Assembly: GCA_965205485.1 (NCBI GenBank)
Contig: OZ242180.1
Span: forward strand, 3,488,001 to 3,552,000
From: Candidatus Latescibacterota bacterium
GTDB taxonomy: Bacteria; Latescibacterota; UBA2968; GCA-2709665
Reading direction: 5' to 3'
DNA length: 64,000 nt
The notes below the pieces were generated by a model. That model did no database searches, was not told the DNA's origin, and was given only the letters and a program-made list of their open reading frames with translations. Shown piece after piece: positions 40,630-50,895 of the stretch. Position 1 is the stretch's first letter; every line of letters begins with the position of its first letter. The translations under genes and the position numbers were made by a program.

Positions 40630-40974
40630 ATGCCGGTATATGTTCCTGAAAAAGGGGATTTCGTCGTTCTAAGCTTTGATCCGCAGTCCGGGCACGAGCA
40701 GATGGGCCGTCGTCCCGCGCTGGTAATCAGTCGGACGATGTTCAACAGGCATACGGGGCTTGCCATGGTCTGCCCGATCACCAGCACTTTCAGGAATATT
40801 CCCTTTCATGTTTCCATTCCGGAAGGACAGGCCGTCAGCGGATATGTTATGGTCGAGCAGATCAAATCAGTTGACTACAAAAGCCGGAACGTGAAACGGG
40901 TTTCGAAAGCACCTCATTCCGTACTCAATGAGGTGTTGAGTATTCTGGATGCCAGCATTTATGACCACGTTTAA
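40630..40974 (+). CDS. mazF: MazF/PemK endoribonuclease toxin
   Basis: FDPQSGHEQMGRRPALVIS, CPIT, EQIKSVD. Confidence 0.95.
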   Translation: MPVYVPEKGDFVVLSFDPQSGHEQMGRRPALVISRTMFNRHTGLAMVCPITSTFRNIPFHVSIPEGQAVSGYVMVEQIKSVDYKSRNVKRVSKAPHSVLNEVLSILDASIYDHV

Positions 40975-41013
40975 AAGTGCAGCGGAAGATATTCCGGTGG
41001 ACGTTGGCAAAAT

Positions 41014-41382
41014 ATGACACGCGAATTCATCGAAGCCAGGACGTTTATCGGAAAGACAGTCCGGGTCTCGGTCGACCGCCCGCTGGGATCCAGGCATCCT
41101 GACGCGGGGTTCGTCTATCCCGTCAACTACGGATTTCTCCCGGGCGTGCCGGCGCCTGACGGTGAAGAGCTGGACGCCTATATTCTGGGTGTCTCAAGTC
41201 CGATCACGACCTTTACTGGCACCTGCATTGCGGTCATTCGGCGATCTGACGATGATGACGACAAGCTCGTTATCGCGCCTTCCGGCAAGGATTTTTCCGA
41301 CGAGCAGATCCTGGCGCTGACCGAATTCCAGGAGCGGTTTTTCAGGTCATTCGTGACTCGGAAACCTGTTAATGCACAATAA
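41014..41382 (+). CDS. Short inorganic pyrophosphatase family protein
   Basis: DRPLGSRHP, YPVNYG, DGEELDAY, DDDKL. Confidence 0.85.
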   Translation: MTREFIEARTFIGKTVRVSVDRPLGSRHPDAGFVYPVNYGFLPGVPAPDGEELDAYILGVSSPITTFTGTCIAVIRRSDDDDDKLVIAPSGKDFSDEQILALTEFQERFFRSFVTRKPVNAQ

Positions 41383-41412
41383 CTATCTCTGAATGAAGTA
41401 GTTATGTGGAAT

Positions 41413-42093
41413 TACTGCTGTCCAGGAACCGAGGGATTCCTGGAGATGAGGTTCGAGGAGTGGATTCCATTCGCGAATATGGTCGGCTTTGACCCTGACA
41501 ACTAAAACCAGGTTGCCATGGGTTCGGGCCAGTTGCAATGCTTCTCATTCTGACCGGCGTCGAAGCATCTTTCGCCGCTTCCGTCCCGCTCTGGAGGCGG
41601 ACGTGCTGCCTCCCTGGTATCGAAGCGAGCAAATCGCACGGGATGATGCGATGCTGCAGTAGATCCTTCGTCGGCCTGGCGCCACCTCGGAATGATCGTG
41701 GGAAACACGTGTGACCTACGCGTTTCGCCGATGTCGCGCACAGGCCTCCTCTGGATGACAGCGGGAAGCATTGTGCTTGACTGTTGGCCAGCGTGTCATT
41801 CAGAGCGGAGCGAAGATCTGACCGGTACATTTCGCCAATGGTTAATGCAAAGCATGTCATTCTCAGCGGAGCGAAGAATCTCCCGTCTTCTCTATTGGAA
41901 GTGTCGCACATGCCCTTTGAGGACAAACCTGTGCGCGGACCCATTGCCAGCCTTTCGTCCTCCCTTGCATAACATTCGGGCGAAAGTGTGAAGGATACGT
42001 TTCGCCAATGGCTGTGGGAGTATTTCTCATCCGTATATTTGGCGCACTTCCGCGATTTTCGTAGTTAACCTCAACCGTTTTTGGTCAGGTGTG
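41413..42093. mobile_element. ~680-bp TIR-bounded non-coding element, copy 2
   Basis: Colinear, diverged homologue of 4810-5449 from actgctgtcc to tttggtcaggtgtg. Confidence 0.7.
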
Positions 42094-42117
42094 ATGTGGA
42101 ACAAGAAAATAACGGAT

Positions 42118-42615
42118 ATGAAGTATAACTCTCGACATCGATTTCATGGCGATCCAAAGCGATTTGACGTACTTGCTTCATTTATCGATGTGCGCTTTGG
42201 AAAAACGGTCCACTATCTCGCTGACGTTGCCGGCGGGCAGGGCATGTTGACCCGGATTCTGCGCAAGCGGTACAATTACGACTGCGAGGTCGTCGATCCT
42301 CGCGCCTGGACGCTCAAGGGCGTGCCAAACCAACCCGTGGAATTCGATTCCTCGATGACTGACTACTATGACCTGATTATCGGATTGCACGCCGACGAAG
42401 CCACTCGGCCTGTTGCTCAAGCGGCACTCAGTCGACCTGTAGTTCTCGTACCCTGCTGCAATTTCTGGTCGGAGGAAAAACTGGGAAGGGACGAACTGCT
42501 CGATGCCATCGAAGCATACTACGGCCGCCATAAGGTGTCCTTTGAACGCGTCAAATTCCCGTTCAAGGGGCCAAAGAATATCGGTATCGTGTCAGAACCG
42601 CCCGTGGAGTCGTGA
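42118..42615 (+). CDS. SAM-methyltransferase-like hypothetical protein
   Basis: ADVAGGQG, VVDPR, GLHADEAT, VPCC; start uncertain. Confidence 0.7.
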   Translation: MKYNSRHRFHGDPKRFDVLASFIDVRFGKTVHYLADVAGGQGMLTRILRKRYNYDCEVVDPRAWTLKGVPNQPVEFDSSMTDYYDLIIGLHADEATRPVAQAALSRPVVLVPCCNFWSEEKLGRDELLDAIEAYYGRHKVSFERVKFPFKGPKNIGIVSEPPVES

Positions 42616-42659
42616 GTTAATAAAGGGCTCCCGAGTCATCCAATAGGGCACCGGATGAT

Positions 42660-43136
42660 ATGAGCATCGACCAGGTCCATATCCGTGATGCCAGCGCAGC
42701 CGACATACCCGCACTGTTCGAAATCCGTACGGCTGTGACCGAAAACGCGATGACGCAGGCAGAACTGGCAGCGTCCGGAATAACGCCTGAGCGCTCCGCG
42801 GAATTGCTGCGGACCGAGGGCAGGTGTTGGGTAGCGGAAGTCGGCAAACCCGTCGTCGGATTTTGTATCGCGAATAGCAAAACCCGGTCCATCTGGGCGC
42901 TGTTCGTCCTGCCGGCATATGAAGGCCGCGGAATCGGGCGACGGCTGACGGAGACAGCTGCTGACTGGTTATGGCAAAACGGCGCCGAGGAGATCTGGCT
43001 GGAGACAGAAACAAACACCCGCGCCGAGGGGTTTTACGAACATCTCGGCTGGAAAAGGGGAGAGGTCCTAATAGAGGACGGCTTTGAAGAAGTGCGGTTT
43101 ACTTTGAAGAAAAGCATCTCCCCGTCGCTCGACTGA
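42660..43136 (+). CDS. GNAT family N-acetyltransferase
   Basis: IRTAVTEN, ALFVLPAYEGRGIG, FYEHLGW. Confidence 0.92.
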   Translation: MSIDQVHIRDASAADIPALFEIRTAVTENAMTQAELAASGITPERSAELLRTEGRCWVAEVGKPVVGFCIANSKTRSIWALFVLPAYEGRGIGRRLTETAADWLWQNGAEEIWLETETNTRAEGFYEHLGWKRGEVLIEDGFEEVRFTLKKSISPSLD

Positions 43137-43169
43137 CGCCATCACACGATAGGTGACGCATCCCGCCTT

Positions 43170-43910
43170 ATGAAGTTCGACCAACTCCCCTCAAACGCCA
43201 GGAAGGTCTGCCAGGCCTTCGTTGGCGGTCTTGAAGTTATCCTCGATGAGAACCTGCACGGCATCTACATGCACGGCGCCTCCGTATTTCCGGATACCGG
43301 ACCGATACAGGATATCGACTGTCACGTGATCCTTGCAGGACCGTTGAACAACCGAAACAAAGATGCGATACTTCAGTTGCAGAGGGAACTTTCGGAGCGC
43401 TTTCCGCCTCTGGGTGAAGAATTGGACGCCTATTTCATCCTGTATGAGGACGCCGTCAAAACGCACCCACCCGCCCACCAGTTGCAGCCCGAAATACGGG
43501 ACGAATCATGGTCGCTGCATTGTGCGCATATCAGGGCAAAGCGTTTCATTGCGCTCTATGGACCGCCCCCGAAGGATATCTTCCCGGCGCCGTCGTGGGA
43601 CGAAATCACCAATGCTCTCGAACACGAGTTCACGTTCATACAGCAGAACCTTCAATACCCCGACTACTGCGTCCTCAACATGTGCCGGATCATGTTCAGT
43701 GTCCAGGAGTGTAACGTCGTTGTATCGAAGTTTTCCAGCGGCAAATGGGCTCGTTCCCGGTTTCCCGAATGGAAACCGCTGATCGACGCGGCAGTCGCTT
43801 CATACCAGGGAACGGAGACGCCAGACGAGGCCGCATTGCTGAAGACCGGCGTGGAGTCCTTTGTTGAGTTCGGAGAAAAACTGATTCGCGAACGGCACCA
43901 AAGCGCCTGA
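43170..43910 (+). CDS. AadA-like nucleotidyltransferase (DUF4111-type C-terminus)
   Basis: GIYMHGAS..DID, LYGPPPKDIFP, VLNMCR, VSKFSSGKWA. Confidence 0.8.
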   Translation: MKFDQLPSNARKVCQAFVGGLEVILDENLHGIYMHGASVFPDTGPIQDIDCHVILAGPLNNRNKDAILQLQRELSERFPPLGEELDAYFILYEDAVKTHPPAHQLQPEIRDESWSLHCAHIRAKRFIALYGPPPKDIFPAPSWDEITNALEHEFTFIQQNLQYPDYCVLNMCRIMFSVQECNVVVSKFSSGKWARSRFPEWKPLIDAAVASYQGTETPDEAALLKTGVESFVEFGEKLIRERHQSA

Positions 43911-44010
43911 TTTTTTCGTACGCCCAAACCTGCCCTTGCGCGGCTACACTTTGCTCAGCCGCAACCAAATAGATGGGAGTCAACGCGCGAGCCCGTTTAA
44001 CAGTCCAATC

Positions 44011-44096
44011 ACTTCCCCCTTGACGGGGAGTCGCAGAGGCCGAGCCGGTCCCTGAGCCTGTCGAAGGGCTGGCGACGGCTGATGCGGTGGGGGGAT
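44011..44096. repeat. Composite REP-like palindrome
   Basis: ttcccccttgacgggga hairpin plus tccctgagcctgtcgaaggg unit, closed by gggggga. Confidence 0.6.
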
Positions 44097-44321
44097 TCAA
44101 CGCCTTACAATTTGCAAGCAGTGTGGTTATACATGTGCGCATCTTGCGTTGAATTCGTACTGAAAGAATCTAAATCGGCTACGTATTTGGACTGCACCGG
44201 CGGACGCCGTTGATTTTACGATGCGATTGATCGGAGTCGGAATTGTACGGGCATGCGATCGACACCTTGGGTGATGAACAGGAAGCTTCCGCGGCATTCA
44301 GCGGCCTAGAGGTGGGATGAC

Positions 44322-45347
44322 ATGGAGTTGAGCCTGGACGATATGCTTCCGGACCCCGAATGGCTCAAACGTAAGTACGAGATTCTCTGGGATGGACGAT
44401 ATCGCGCCATGAGCGGCAGGATCGCCCATGTTGTCAGGATCGCGTGCGGGAATACCGGGAATCCGTACGTCCTGCGGGTCTCCGGTCCAGGGCGAAACTC
44501 GGTAGGTTCTTCGTCAGCGGCCCGCCGTCTGTCGCAAGTGCATCGATTCCAGGCGCACCTGAATGATCAAGGCGTACGAACCGTCCTCCCGTTAAGATCG
44601 TTTGACGGAAAGACCTTCTCGATGACGGAACAGGGGATGACAGTCGAAGTCTTCCAGTTTGTCGGGGGAAGGCCGCCGAAGCGGGGTGATGAAGCGGACG
44701 TTCGATTGGCGGCGGCTGAAATTGCCCGGTTTCACAATGCAGGCGTTGGATACCGGGATCTTCCGGACGAAGAAATTCTCTGCATGAATCATCTCGCGAT
44801 CGACAGTCTGGTGGAGGACGTCCGTAAGATGCGGGAGTCGACCAGGGGAAAGGCGTATCACGATCAATTCATGGAGTACGTGGCGGAAACGGAACGGTGC
44901 GTTAGTGCGATCGATCGCCTGCGTCCAGACCTGGTCGAAACGGGTCTGCACCTGGACACCGGGCCGCAGAATATGATCATCGATAACGAAGGGCAACTCT
45001 GGTTCATCGACTGCAATCACGCGTCTCGAGGTCGGCGGGTGTTCGAAGTATGCGCCTCTATGTACTACCTGGCGCCGCATTCCGACTTGCCGTGGGGCGA
45101 ACCGGCGCGATATCGACTCGTGGACGAAAGCGTGGAAGCTGCATTCCACGAAACGTACCGGGAAGTCTGCGATCCTGTGTGGCGAGGGGAGGAATCCGCT
45201 GCTTTGGCGATCGAACGGATGCTGATGTTCATCCACGGCGTCACTTGCTGGACAACCATGGGAGATGAAGAAGACGTCCACGAGGAATTGGACCGATGGA
45301 ACGCCTGTTACACCACCCTGAGAGCAGGGCTTGACAAAGCTGCGTAA
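44322..45347 (+). CDS. APH / homoserine kinase type II-like phosphotransferase
   Basis: YVLR, IARFH, LHLDTGPQN Brenner motif, FID. Confidence 0.8.
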   Translation: MELSLDDMLPDPEWLKRKYEILWDGRYRAMSGRIAHVVRIACGNTGNPYVLRVSGPGRNSVGSSSAARRLSQVHRFQAHLNDQGVRTVLPLRSFDGKTFSMTEQGMTVEVFQFVGGRPPKRGDEADVRLAAAEIARFHNAGVGYRDLPDEEILCMNHLAIDSLVEDVRKMRESTRGKAYHDQFMEYVAETERCVSAIDRLRPDLVETGLHLDTGPQNMIIDNEGQLWFIDCNHASRGRRVFEVCASMYYLAPHSDLPWGEPARYRLVDESVEAAFHETYREVCDPVWRGEESAALAIERMLMFIHGVTCWTTMGDEEDVHEELDRWNACYTTLRAGLDKAA

Positions 45348-45494
45348 ACCGGGTGCATATGGCTAAGGCACTCCCAACGACGGCGCCCTTCTCCTGACCC
45401 GTACACATCGCGACACCGACCAGGCGCAGCCGCGCCGGTCGCTTCCCAAATGCGAAATCATAGATCGATAAGGTTCCAGGGGTCGAAATCGCCC

Positions 45495-45523
45495 TTGACA
45501 GCAGCAATGTGTTTGGTTACTTT
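45495..45523 (+). promoter_or_regulatory. Sigma70-type promoter
   Basis: TTGACA-17-TACTTT upstream of the XRE-thioredoxin pair. Confidence 0.6.
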
Positions 45524-45557
45524 TATAGCAAAGATGATATAATCACAGGAGGGTTTC

Positions 45558-45818
45558 GTGCCGTTCGACTGGCTGCGGATCAGGGAGTTTCGACAATCGG
45601 TGGGGATGACCCAGCAGCAGTTCGGAGAGATTCTCGCTGTTCCCCAATCCACCGTCGCCCGATGGGAGACGGGAAAGATCTCGCCCAACGCGCATCATAT
45701 CGGCCTGATGTGCGATCTGGGCAGGGTACGATCCATCGAACCGGAATTCTTCTTTCCACCGTTTTCCCGGCTCGATCCAGTTAATAACGCATTTAAAAAA
45801 AGGAGGTTAGATCAGTGA
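45558..45818 (+). CDS. XRE-family HTH regulator
   Basis: IREFRQSVGMTQQQFG..QSTVARWETG; AGGAGG RBS with GTG start. Confidence 0.88.
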   Translation: MPFDWLRIREFRQSVGMTQQQFGEILAVPQSTVARWETGKISPNAHHIGLMCDLGRVRSIEPEFFFPPFSRLDPVNNAFKKRRLDQ

Positions 45819-46150
45819 CGCCCGCTACTTTCACGGACGCGAACTTTGAGACCGAGGTCATTTCCTCAGACCGGCCCGTTCTCGTCGACGTCGGCGCGAA
45901 CTGGTGCGGCCCGTGCCGGCTCATTGACCCGATTGTCAAGAAACTGGCTGTCGAATACGTTGGACGGCTGAAAGTCGGAAAAATGAATTTCGATACATCC
46001 CATTCGTCGGCAGTCCGGTACGGTATACAGAGCCTGCCAACGCTTCTGCTCTTCAACAATGGAGACGTCGTAAACCGCCTGGTCGGCGCCGTCCCCAAAC
46101 AACGGCTCGTCGATTCAATTGAAGAAGTACTTGCGGACGTGCGCCGGTAG
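45815..46150 (+). CDS. trxA: Thioredoxin
   Basis: WCGPC active site, YGIQSLPTL; AGGAGG RBS; GTGA overlap with the XRE gene. Confidence 0.92.
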   Translation: MTPATFTDANFETEVISSDRPVLVDVGANWCGPCRLIDPIVKKLAVEYVGRLKVGKMNFDTSHSSAVRYGIQSLPTLLLFNNGDVVNRLVGAVPKQRLVDSIEEVLADVRR

Positions 46151-46410
46151 TCGCATGTGTTCGTCGATCGTTTTTTCGTTTCGGACTTCCAGCGGCCAAG
46201 GATACAGGATTCTCTTCCAGGGCCACTGTATCCAGGATACATTGGAGGGCGACGTTTCTTGGCGTGACAAGGTGTCAAATTGGAAATCGCGGCAAAAACG
46301 ATCCCCGACCGTGTGAAAAAGGTCGAGGGCATCTGTTGATTTTCGTCGTCTACGCTGATCGTTTGAATTCTACATGATTCAAGAGCACACTGCTTCAACT
46401 GGAGGGGAAT

Positions 46411-46983
46411 ATGCTGGAGCGGCACGATGGAAAGGTCGTGGACGTCAGCAGACCCGTATTCCTGGATATTGAAACCACAGGTCTTTATGAAGACGATGAA
46501 ATCGTGGAGATTGCGATAGCTGACTACGACGGCCGTGAAATTATGAATGAATATACAAAACCGGTCTATACTGAATCCTGGCCGGAGGCTCAGGGGATAC
46601 ATGGAATAAGTCCACAGACGGTCGCGCATTCTGCGACATTTGAAGATCAGATTCCTGCAATAAGGGCCGCGATTCGTGATAGAGTCGTGGCGGTTTACAA
46701 CGCGGAATTTGAACTGCAATTTCTCCCTTCGCACGTCGTGGCGGCTACAGATCTGTTTGTGTGCGTAATGGAACTGTATCGTGAGATTCGCGGCCTTCAA
46801 GAATATGTAAAGAATACATATAGGTTGCAGAATGCAATGGATTGGTGCGGTTATCGTAAATCACAGACACATCGGGCAATGGAAGATAATTTAGGTACTA
46901 TTGCTGTATGGAATAAGTTACAGGAACAAGAGGGCGAGAGATTTGAAAATGCGGTGAGTCGGCATTGTTATTATGTTTATTAG
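46411..46983 (+). CDS. DEDDh 3'-5' exonuclease (DnaQ-like)
   Basis: FLDIETTG, IHGI, YNAEFE, HRAMED. Confidence 0.88.
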   Translation: MLERHDGKVVDVSRPVFLDIETTGLYEDDEIVEIAIADYDGREIMNEYTKPVYTESWPEAQGIHGISPQTVAHSATFEDQIPAIRAAIRDRVVAVYNAEFELQFLPSHVVAATDLFVCVMELYREIRGLQEYVKNTYRLQNAMDWCGYRKSQTHRAMEDNLGTIAVWNKLQEQEGERFENAVSRHCYYVY

Positions 46984-47104
46984 CAGGTCCTTGATCGCCG
47001 TTTCGTGTGTGGCAGCTGAGTGAAAAAAAGGCGGTAACATTGCGCAATAACTCGTCCTTCATCAGTCCCAACGCCTCTATGGTTTGTCCGGCAGGAGGAT
47101 ATGG

Positions 47105-47218
47105 ATCATCGATGGCAACCTGGTGTTCGTTCTCCGGGTCAAGCCCGTATAAAATCGCCCATTGAAGCCACTTTTGAAGTCTTATCTCCGAGAATCCCGC
47201 GGTTCTCGGACAGCAGTG
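47105..47218 (-). mobile_element. Truncated inverted copy of the left end of the TIR-bounded element
   Basis: Minus strand reads cactgctgtccgagaaccgcgggattctcggagat..gcgatttt..cgggcttgacccgg..caggttgcca, matching 4810-4915. Confidence 0.7.
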
Positions 47219-47298
47219 ATTGGGTATAATCCCCAAAAGGAAAGGCCTCCGGCATCACGTGGAGGCTTTTTGCGGGGACCGCATTGAGCAGAATCGGA

Positions 47299-47748
47299 TC
47301 ATTTCTCTTCAGGAGAATATGGAGGAGGTTCCTTAAACTGCACCCCTTCTTTCTCCTGTTCTTTAATCCATTGGAGCACTTCCTTTCTTCCCTCCTCTCG
47401 TCCTTTTTCTCGCTGCTGATTTTCAGGAGAATATGGAGGAGGTTCCTTAAACTGCACCCCTTCTTTCTCCTGTTCTCTAATCCATTGGAGTACTTCTTTT
47501 CTCCCCTCCTCTCGCCCTTTTTCTCGCTGCTGACGTCGTATTTCCGCCAGGACGCCCAACATGGCTTCACCTCCTGCAAGAATAACAAATGCACCGGTTA
47601 CTGAAAAGACGACGATAGACTCCAGCGTCTTAATAGAACCAACGTTACCCAAGTAGAACCAGCTTCCCAACGCGCCTGCAAACAGCAAAACCATCAGCCG
47701 TTCAAACCACTTTCTGTTTCCAATTGTCCAAATCTCTTTCCTGGACAT
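47299..47748 (-). CDS. Small membrane protein with duplicated charged C-terminal module
   Basis: Two TM segments, then a 38-aa unit QQREKGREEGRKEVLQWI..PPPYSPE twice; GAGGAGG RBS. Confidence 0.75.
   Translation of the reverse strand: MSRKEIWTIGNRKWFERLMVLLFAGALGSWFYLGNVGSIKTLESIVVFSVTGAFVILAGGEAMLGVLAEIRRQQREKGREEGRKEVLQWIREQEKEGVQFKEPPPYSPENQQREKGREEGRKEVLQWIKEQEKEGVQFKEPPPYSPEEK
47308..47532. repeat. 114-bp near-perfect tandem duplication within the CDS
   Basis: ttcaggagaatatggaggagg.. starts at 47308 and 47422. Confidence 0.9.
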
Positions 47749-48184
47749 AACCTCCTCACAAATTTAACCGAAATATCACTGTTGTTCAAGATCATTCGGA
47801 AAGGACGATCCTGGACAGGGGTACTGGAATATCTTTAATCTTACCTGTCCCAAGACGAATTTCATTAACCACGAAAGTCGCGTAACATATGGCTGGAAAA
47901 ATCACCCACAAATGCACTCAACGAGTCTATCAGTAACAAGCGCATCAATCTCAGATTTTCAAAAACGTACCCCCATTGATTACAGCGATAGATTCAGAGC
48001 TATGCCGAAAAATCCTTTTCCTCCGGCCCGAAAACCGTTATGGCCGTATAACTGATTAACCTCCAGTTCGGCTACCCGCGCAACAAGGTTGACCAATGCT
48101 GGTACGACTCTTAACAGATGTAGATTTCAACTCCCATGCCAGCGCTAACCTGCCCCTGCCTGCCTACCACCCCGGCAACCACCC

Positions 48185-48430
48185 TCACATAGATGGCCCC
48201 GTGCGTTCCAGTAACTCACGTATGCCAGCACTTTGATCCCGCAAGGCATTGCCCATCTCTCGCAATGCTTCGCCCTGGTCATCGACCTGCTTACTCCGAA
48301 TTTCAGATGCCTTCGACATCTGTCGCAAACCCCAGAAAATCAATCCGCACTGCCCCGTCCCTACCACCAATGCCACAACGGAACCAAATAACTCTCCCAT
48401 AGTGACGGCAGACACAAGGTCCATTGTCAT
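48185..48430 (-). CDS. Small single-TM coiled-coil hypothetical protein
   Basis: 81 aa; hydrophobic N-terminal half followed by an amphipathic helix. Confidence 0.6.
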   Translation of the reverse strand: MTMDLVSAVTMGELFGSVVALVVGTGQCGLIFWGLRQMSKASEIRSKQVDDQGEALREMGNALRDQSAGIRELLERTGPSM

Positions 48431-49077
48431 ACCCGTTTCTGTAAATACTCTCGGTTCTTTCTCCCGTCCCGTAAACCACCGCTTCCACGACCGCTTCGAT
48501 CTCTCGACTTTGCCGGGTTTTACCTGCGGAGGATCGCCAGGAAAAAAGTCCGCGGGACCTCTTCCGGCGCAGCATCGATACTCACATCCTCATCCTGAAC
48601 GGCTTTTTCAGCGAAATTCCCACTCGCTTCTAATTCCAAGGAGCCGGAAGTCCTATCTCTACACCTCCAAAACTGGCTATCTCTCTGTTTTCTAATTGAA
48701 AATTGGCGTTTTTAGCACTATCGTCCACAATGCCCTTTCAAAAGTATTGAAAACTTATGTTCAATTCGAGAGACAAGACGCTGATATTCGTTCCACTATG
48801 ATTGAGAATGAATATAGCAGGATTTCAGTATAGAATCAAGGGATGACAGTTGTAAGATGTTTATTTTCAATATTATATTGATAAAAAATGTCGTTTTTTT
48901 GTTAATTGAAGCCGATCGGTATTGTCATCCTTACAGTTCAAATTTGCAAACTGCGTGCCATCACCCGACGGCCGATTCCTCGAAGGAGGTGATCGGTTGG
49001 GCGGAGGAAAGTGACGGCGCGCTGCGAGTCGGCCGCCATCGAAACGCGCCTGCGCCGCCTACGTTCAGGAGTTCATT

Positions 49078-49659
49078 GTGATCACTTATGCAGCGGATAC
49101 ATCGAAGTGGGAAGACTGGCAGCGCGGCTATCGGCTGGGAGTGATTCTGATCCTGCCGCCGCCCGACGTGTCGCGGGAGGTTGATTTCTTGCGGGCAAGG
49201 TATGATCCCCGCTCGGCGGCATGGTGTCCGGCGCACATCTCTTTGTCCGATCCGCTGTGCTGTGAAATGAGTCCCGCGTTTGCCGGCGAAATCCGCGCCG
49301 TCCTTTCCGACGTCCGGCCGTTCGAGCTTCACTATGACAGGCTTTATGCCTCCACGCGCCACCCGGGTGTCGCGTATCGCATCACGCCGCGGGAACCGAT
49401 CGAGCGCCTGAAGCAATTGCTTCACGGCACATCGGGCTTTGCGGACGAAGCCCATGGCAGGCGCGACATTGCGCCACACATGACGATCGCCGAGTTCATT
49501 TCCATTGATGAGAGCCTTCAACTCTGCGCGCGGCTTCAGGATACGGCGCCTGTCGGCTCCTTCCTGTGCGACCGGTTGGCATATATGGTCCCCGACGATG
49601 GTTTCCGGTTCCAGAGGAGGTTGACGTTCCCGCTTGGTGATTCGGTGCAAAAGTCCTAA
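49078..49659 (+). CDS. 2H phosphoesterase (2'-5' RNA ligase family)
   Basis: Two HxS/T motifs, HISL and HMTI; AGGAG RBS. Confidence 0.9.
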   Translation: MITYAADTSKWEDWQRGYRLGVILILPPPDVSREVDFLRARYDPRSAAWCPAHISLSDPLCCEMSPAFAGEIRAVLSDVRPFELHYDRLYASTRHPGVAYRITPREPIERLKQLLHGTSGFADEAHGRRDIAPHMTIAEFISIDESLQLCARLQDTAPVGSFLCDRLAYMVPDDGFRFQRRLTFPLGDSVQKS

Positions 49660-49815
49660 CTTGCCCCAGGGGTTTTTCATCTGTTGTATCGGCAGGATTT
49701 GCCGACTCCGAATTGTAAGATATCGACGGATCCGGCCTTTGTGTACTCATCCTGTCCATCCATGTAAGTTTCGCGTTGTGAATGAACCGGTTCTGCGCGC
49801 AGCCAGGAGAAGTTC

Positions 49816-50892
49816 GTGAAGATCGACCGAATCGAAGTCATCCAGATCGAGACGCCGCGCTACTACGGCCAAATATCCGGACACGTATTGATCAGGGTCC
49901 ACGTGGACGACGGTCCGATCGGCCTCGGTGAAGCGTCGGACAGCCGATGCGCCGACGTGCCGGCCCTGGCGCGGCAGCTGAATGAGCAGCTGAAAGGCCG
50001 CGACGCTCGTTGCATCGTCGAGATCAACGACTTCGCCCGCGCCCGGACCTGGAACAGCACGGTCACCGACCCGCACGTGGCCAGCGCCATCGACCTGGCG
50101 CTTTACGATCTAAACGGTAAGGTTCAGGGCGTACCCGTGTACCAGATGCTGGGCGGCAAGGTGCGCGAAGCCCTACATTGCTGCTATCCGATTTTCGGAT
50201 TTCAGGTGGTGGAGGACTTCGAGCGCGCCGGATCCTACCTGCAGCGCCTGGTGGATCTGGGCCACCACCTGTACCGCTATTATGTCTCCGGCGACGTGGA
50301 TCTGGACGACCGCTTCCTCGCCGAGATGAAGTCCAGACATGGCGACCTCATCCGGCTCAAGTCAATCGACTTCTCAGGACGCTTCCGCGACTGGGTGGAG
50401 GCGCTACGCTATGGCGACAGGTTGCGGCGTCACGACCCGTACCATTTCGAGCAGCCGACGTATGACATGCGTTCCAGTGCGCAGTTCACCAAACGCGTCG
50501 ATCTGCCCGTGACATGGCATATCGGCTCCCTGCAGCAGGCGTGGGAGGCGGCCGAAAGCGGCGCATGCACGGCGTTCAACGTGGCCTGCGTGTCCGGCGG
50601 CCCCACCCACGTCAAGCGCATCCTGGCAGTGGGGGAGGCGGCGGGCATGCCCTGCCTGATCGGCACGGACCAGGAGTCCACGCTGGGTATGAGCGCCCAG
50701 ATTGCCGTGGGGATCACCTCTCCCCAGGTCCGGCTGCCGTGCGACCCGATGGGTCCGCTGCTGTATATGGCTTCGCCGGCCAGGGAACGCGTGAGGGCCG
50801 AAGGAAGCTATCTGACGCCGCTCGAGGGTCCCGGCCTGGGCGTGGAACTCGACGAGGACAAACTGGCAGCACTAACCGTAGCGAGGGCTTGA
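49816..50892 (+). CDS. Mandelate racemase / muconate lactonizing enzyme family protein
   Basis: GLGEA, AIDLALYDLNGK..PVYQMLGG, FEQP, PGLGVELD. Confidence 0.9.
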   Translation: MKIDRIEVIQIETPRYYGQISGHVLIRVHVDDGPIGLGEASDSRCADVPALARQLNEQLKGRDARCIVEINDFARARTWNSTVTDPHVASAIDLALYDLNGKVQGVPVYQMLGGKVREALHCCYPIFGFQVVEDFERAGSYLQRLVDLGHHLYRYYVSGDVDLDDRFLAEMKSRHGDLIRLKSIDFSGRFRDWVEALRYGDRLRRHDPYHFEQPTYDMRSSAQFTKRVDLPVTWHIGSLQQAWEAAESGACTAFNVACVSGGPTHVKRILAVGEAAGMPCLIGTDQESTLGMSAQIAVGITSPQVRLPCDPMGPLLYMASPARERVRAEGSYLTPLEGPGLGVELDEDKLAALTVARA

Positions 50893-50895
50893 ATC

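Noticed and set aside
46898..47236. Minus-strand 112-aa ORF
   Set aside because: Largely the inverted left end of the TIR-bounded element, and it overlaps the exonuclease gene
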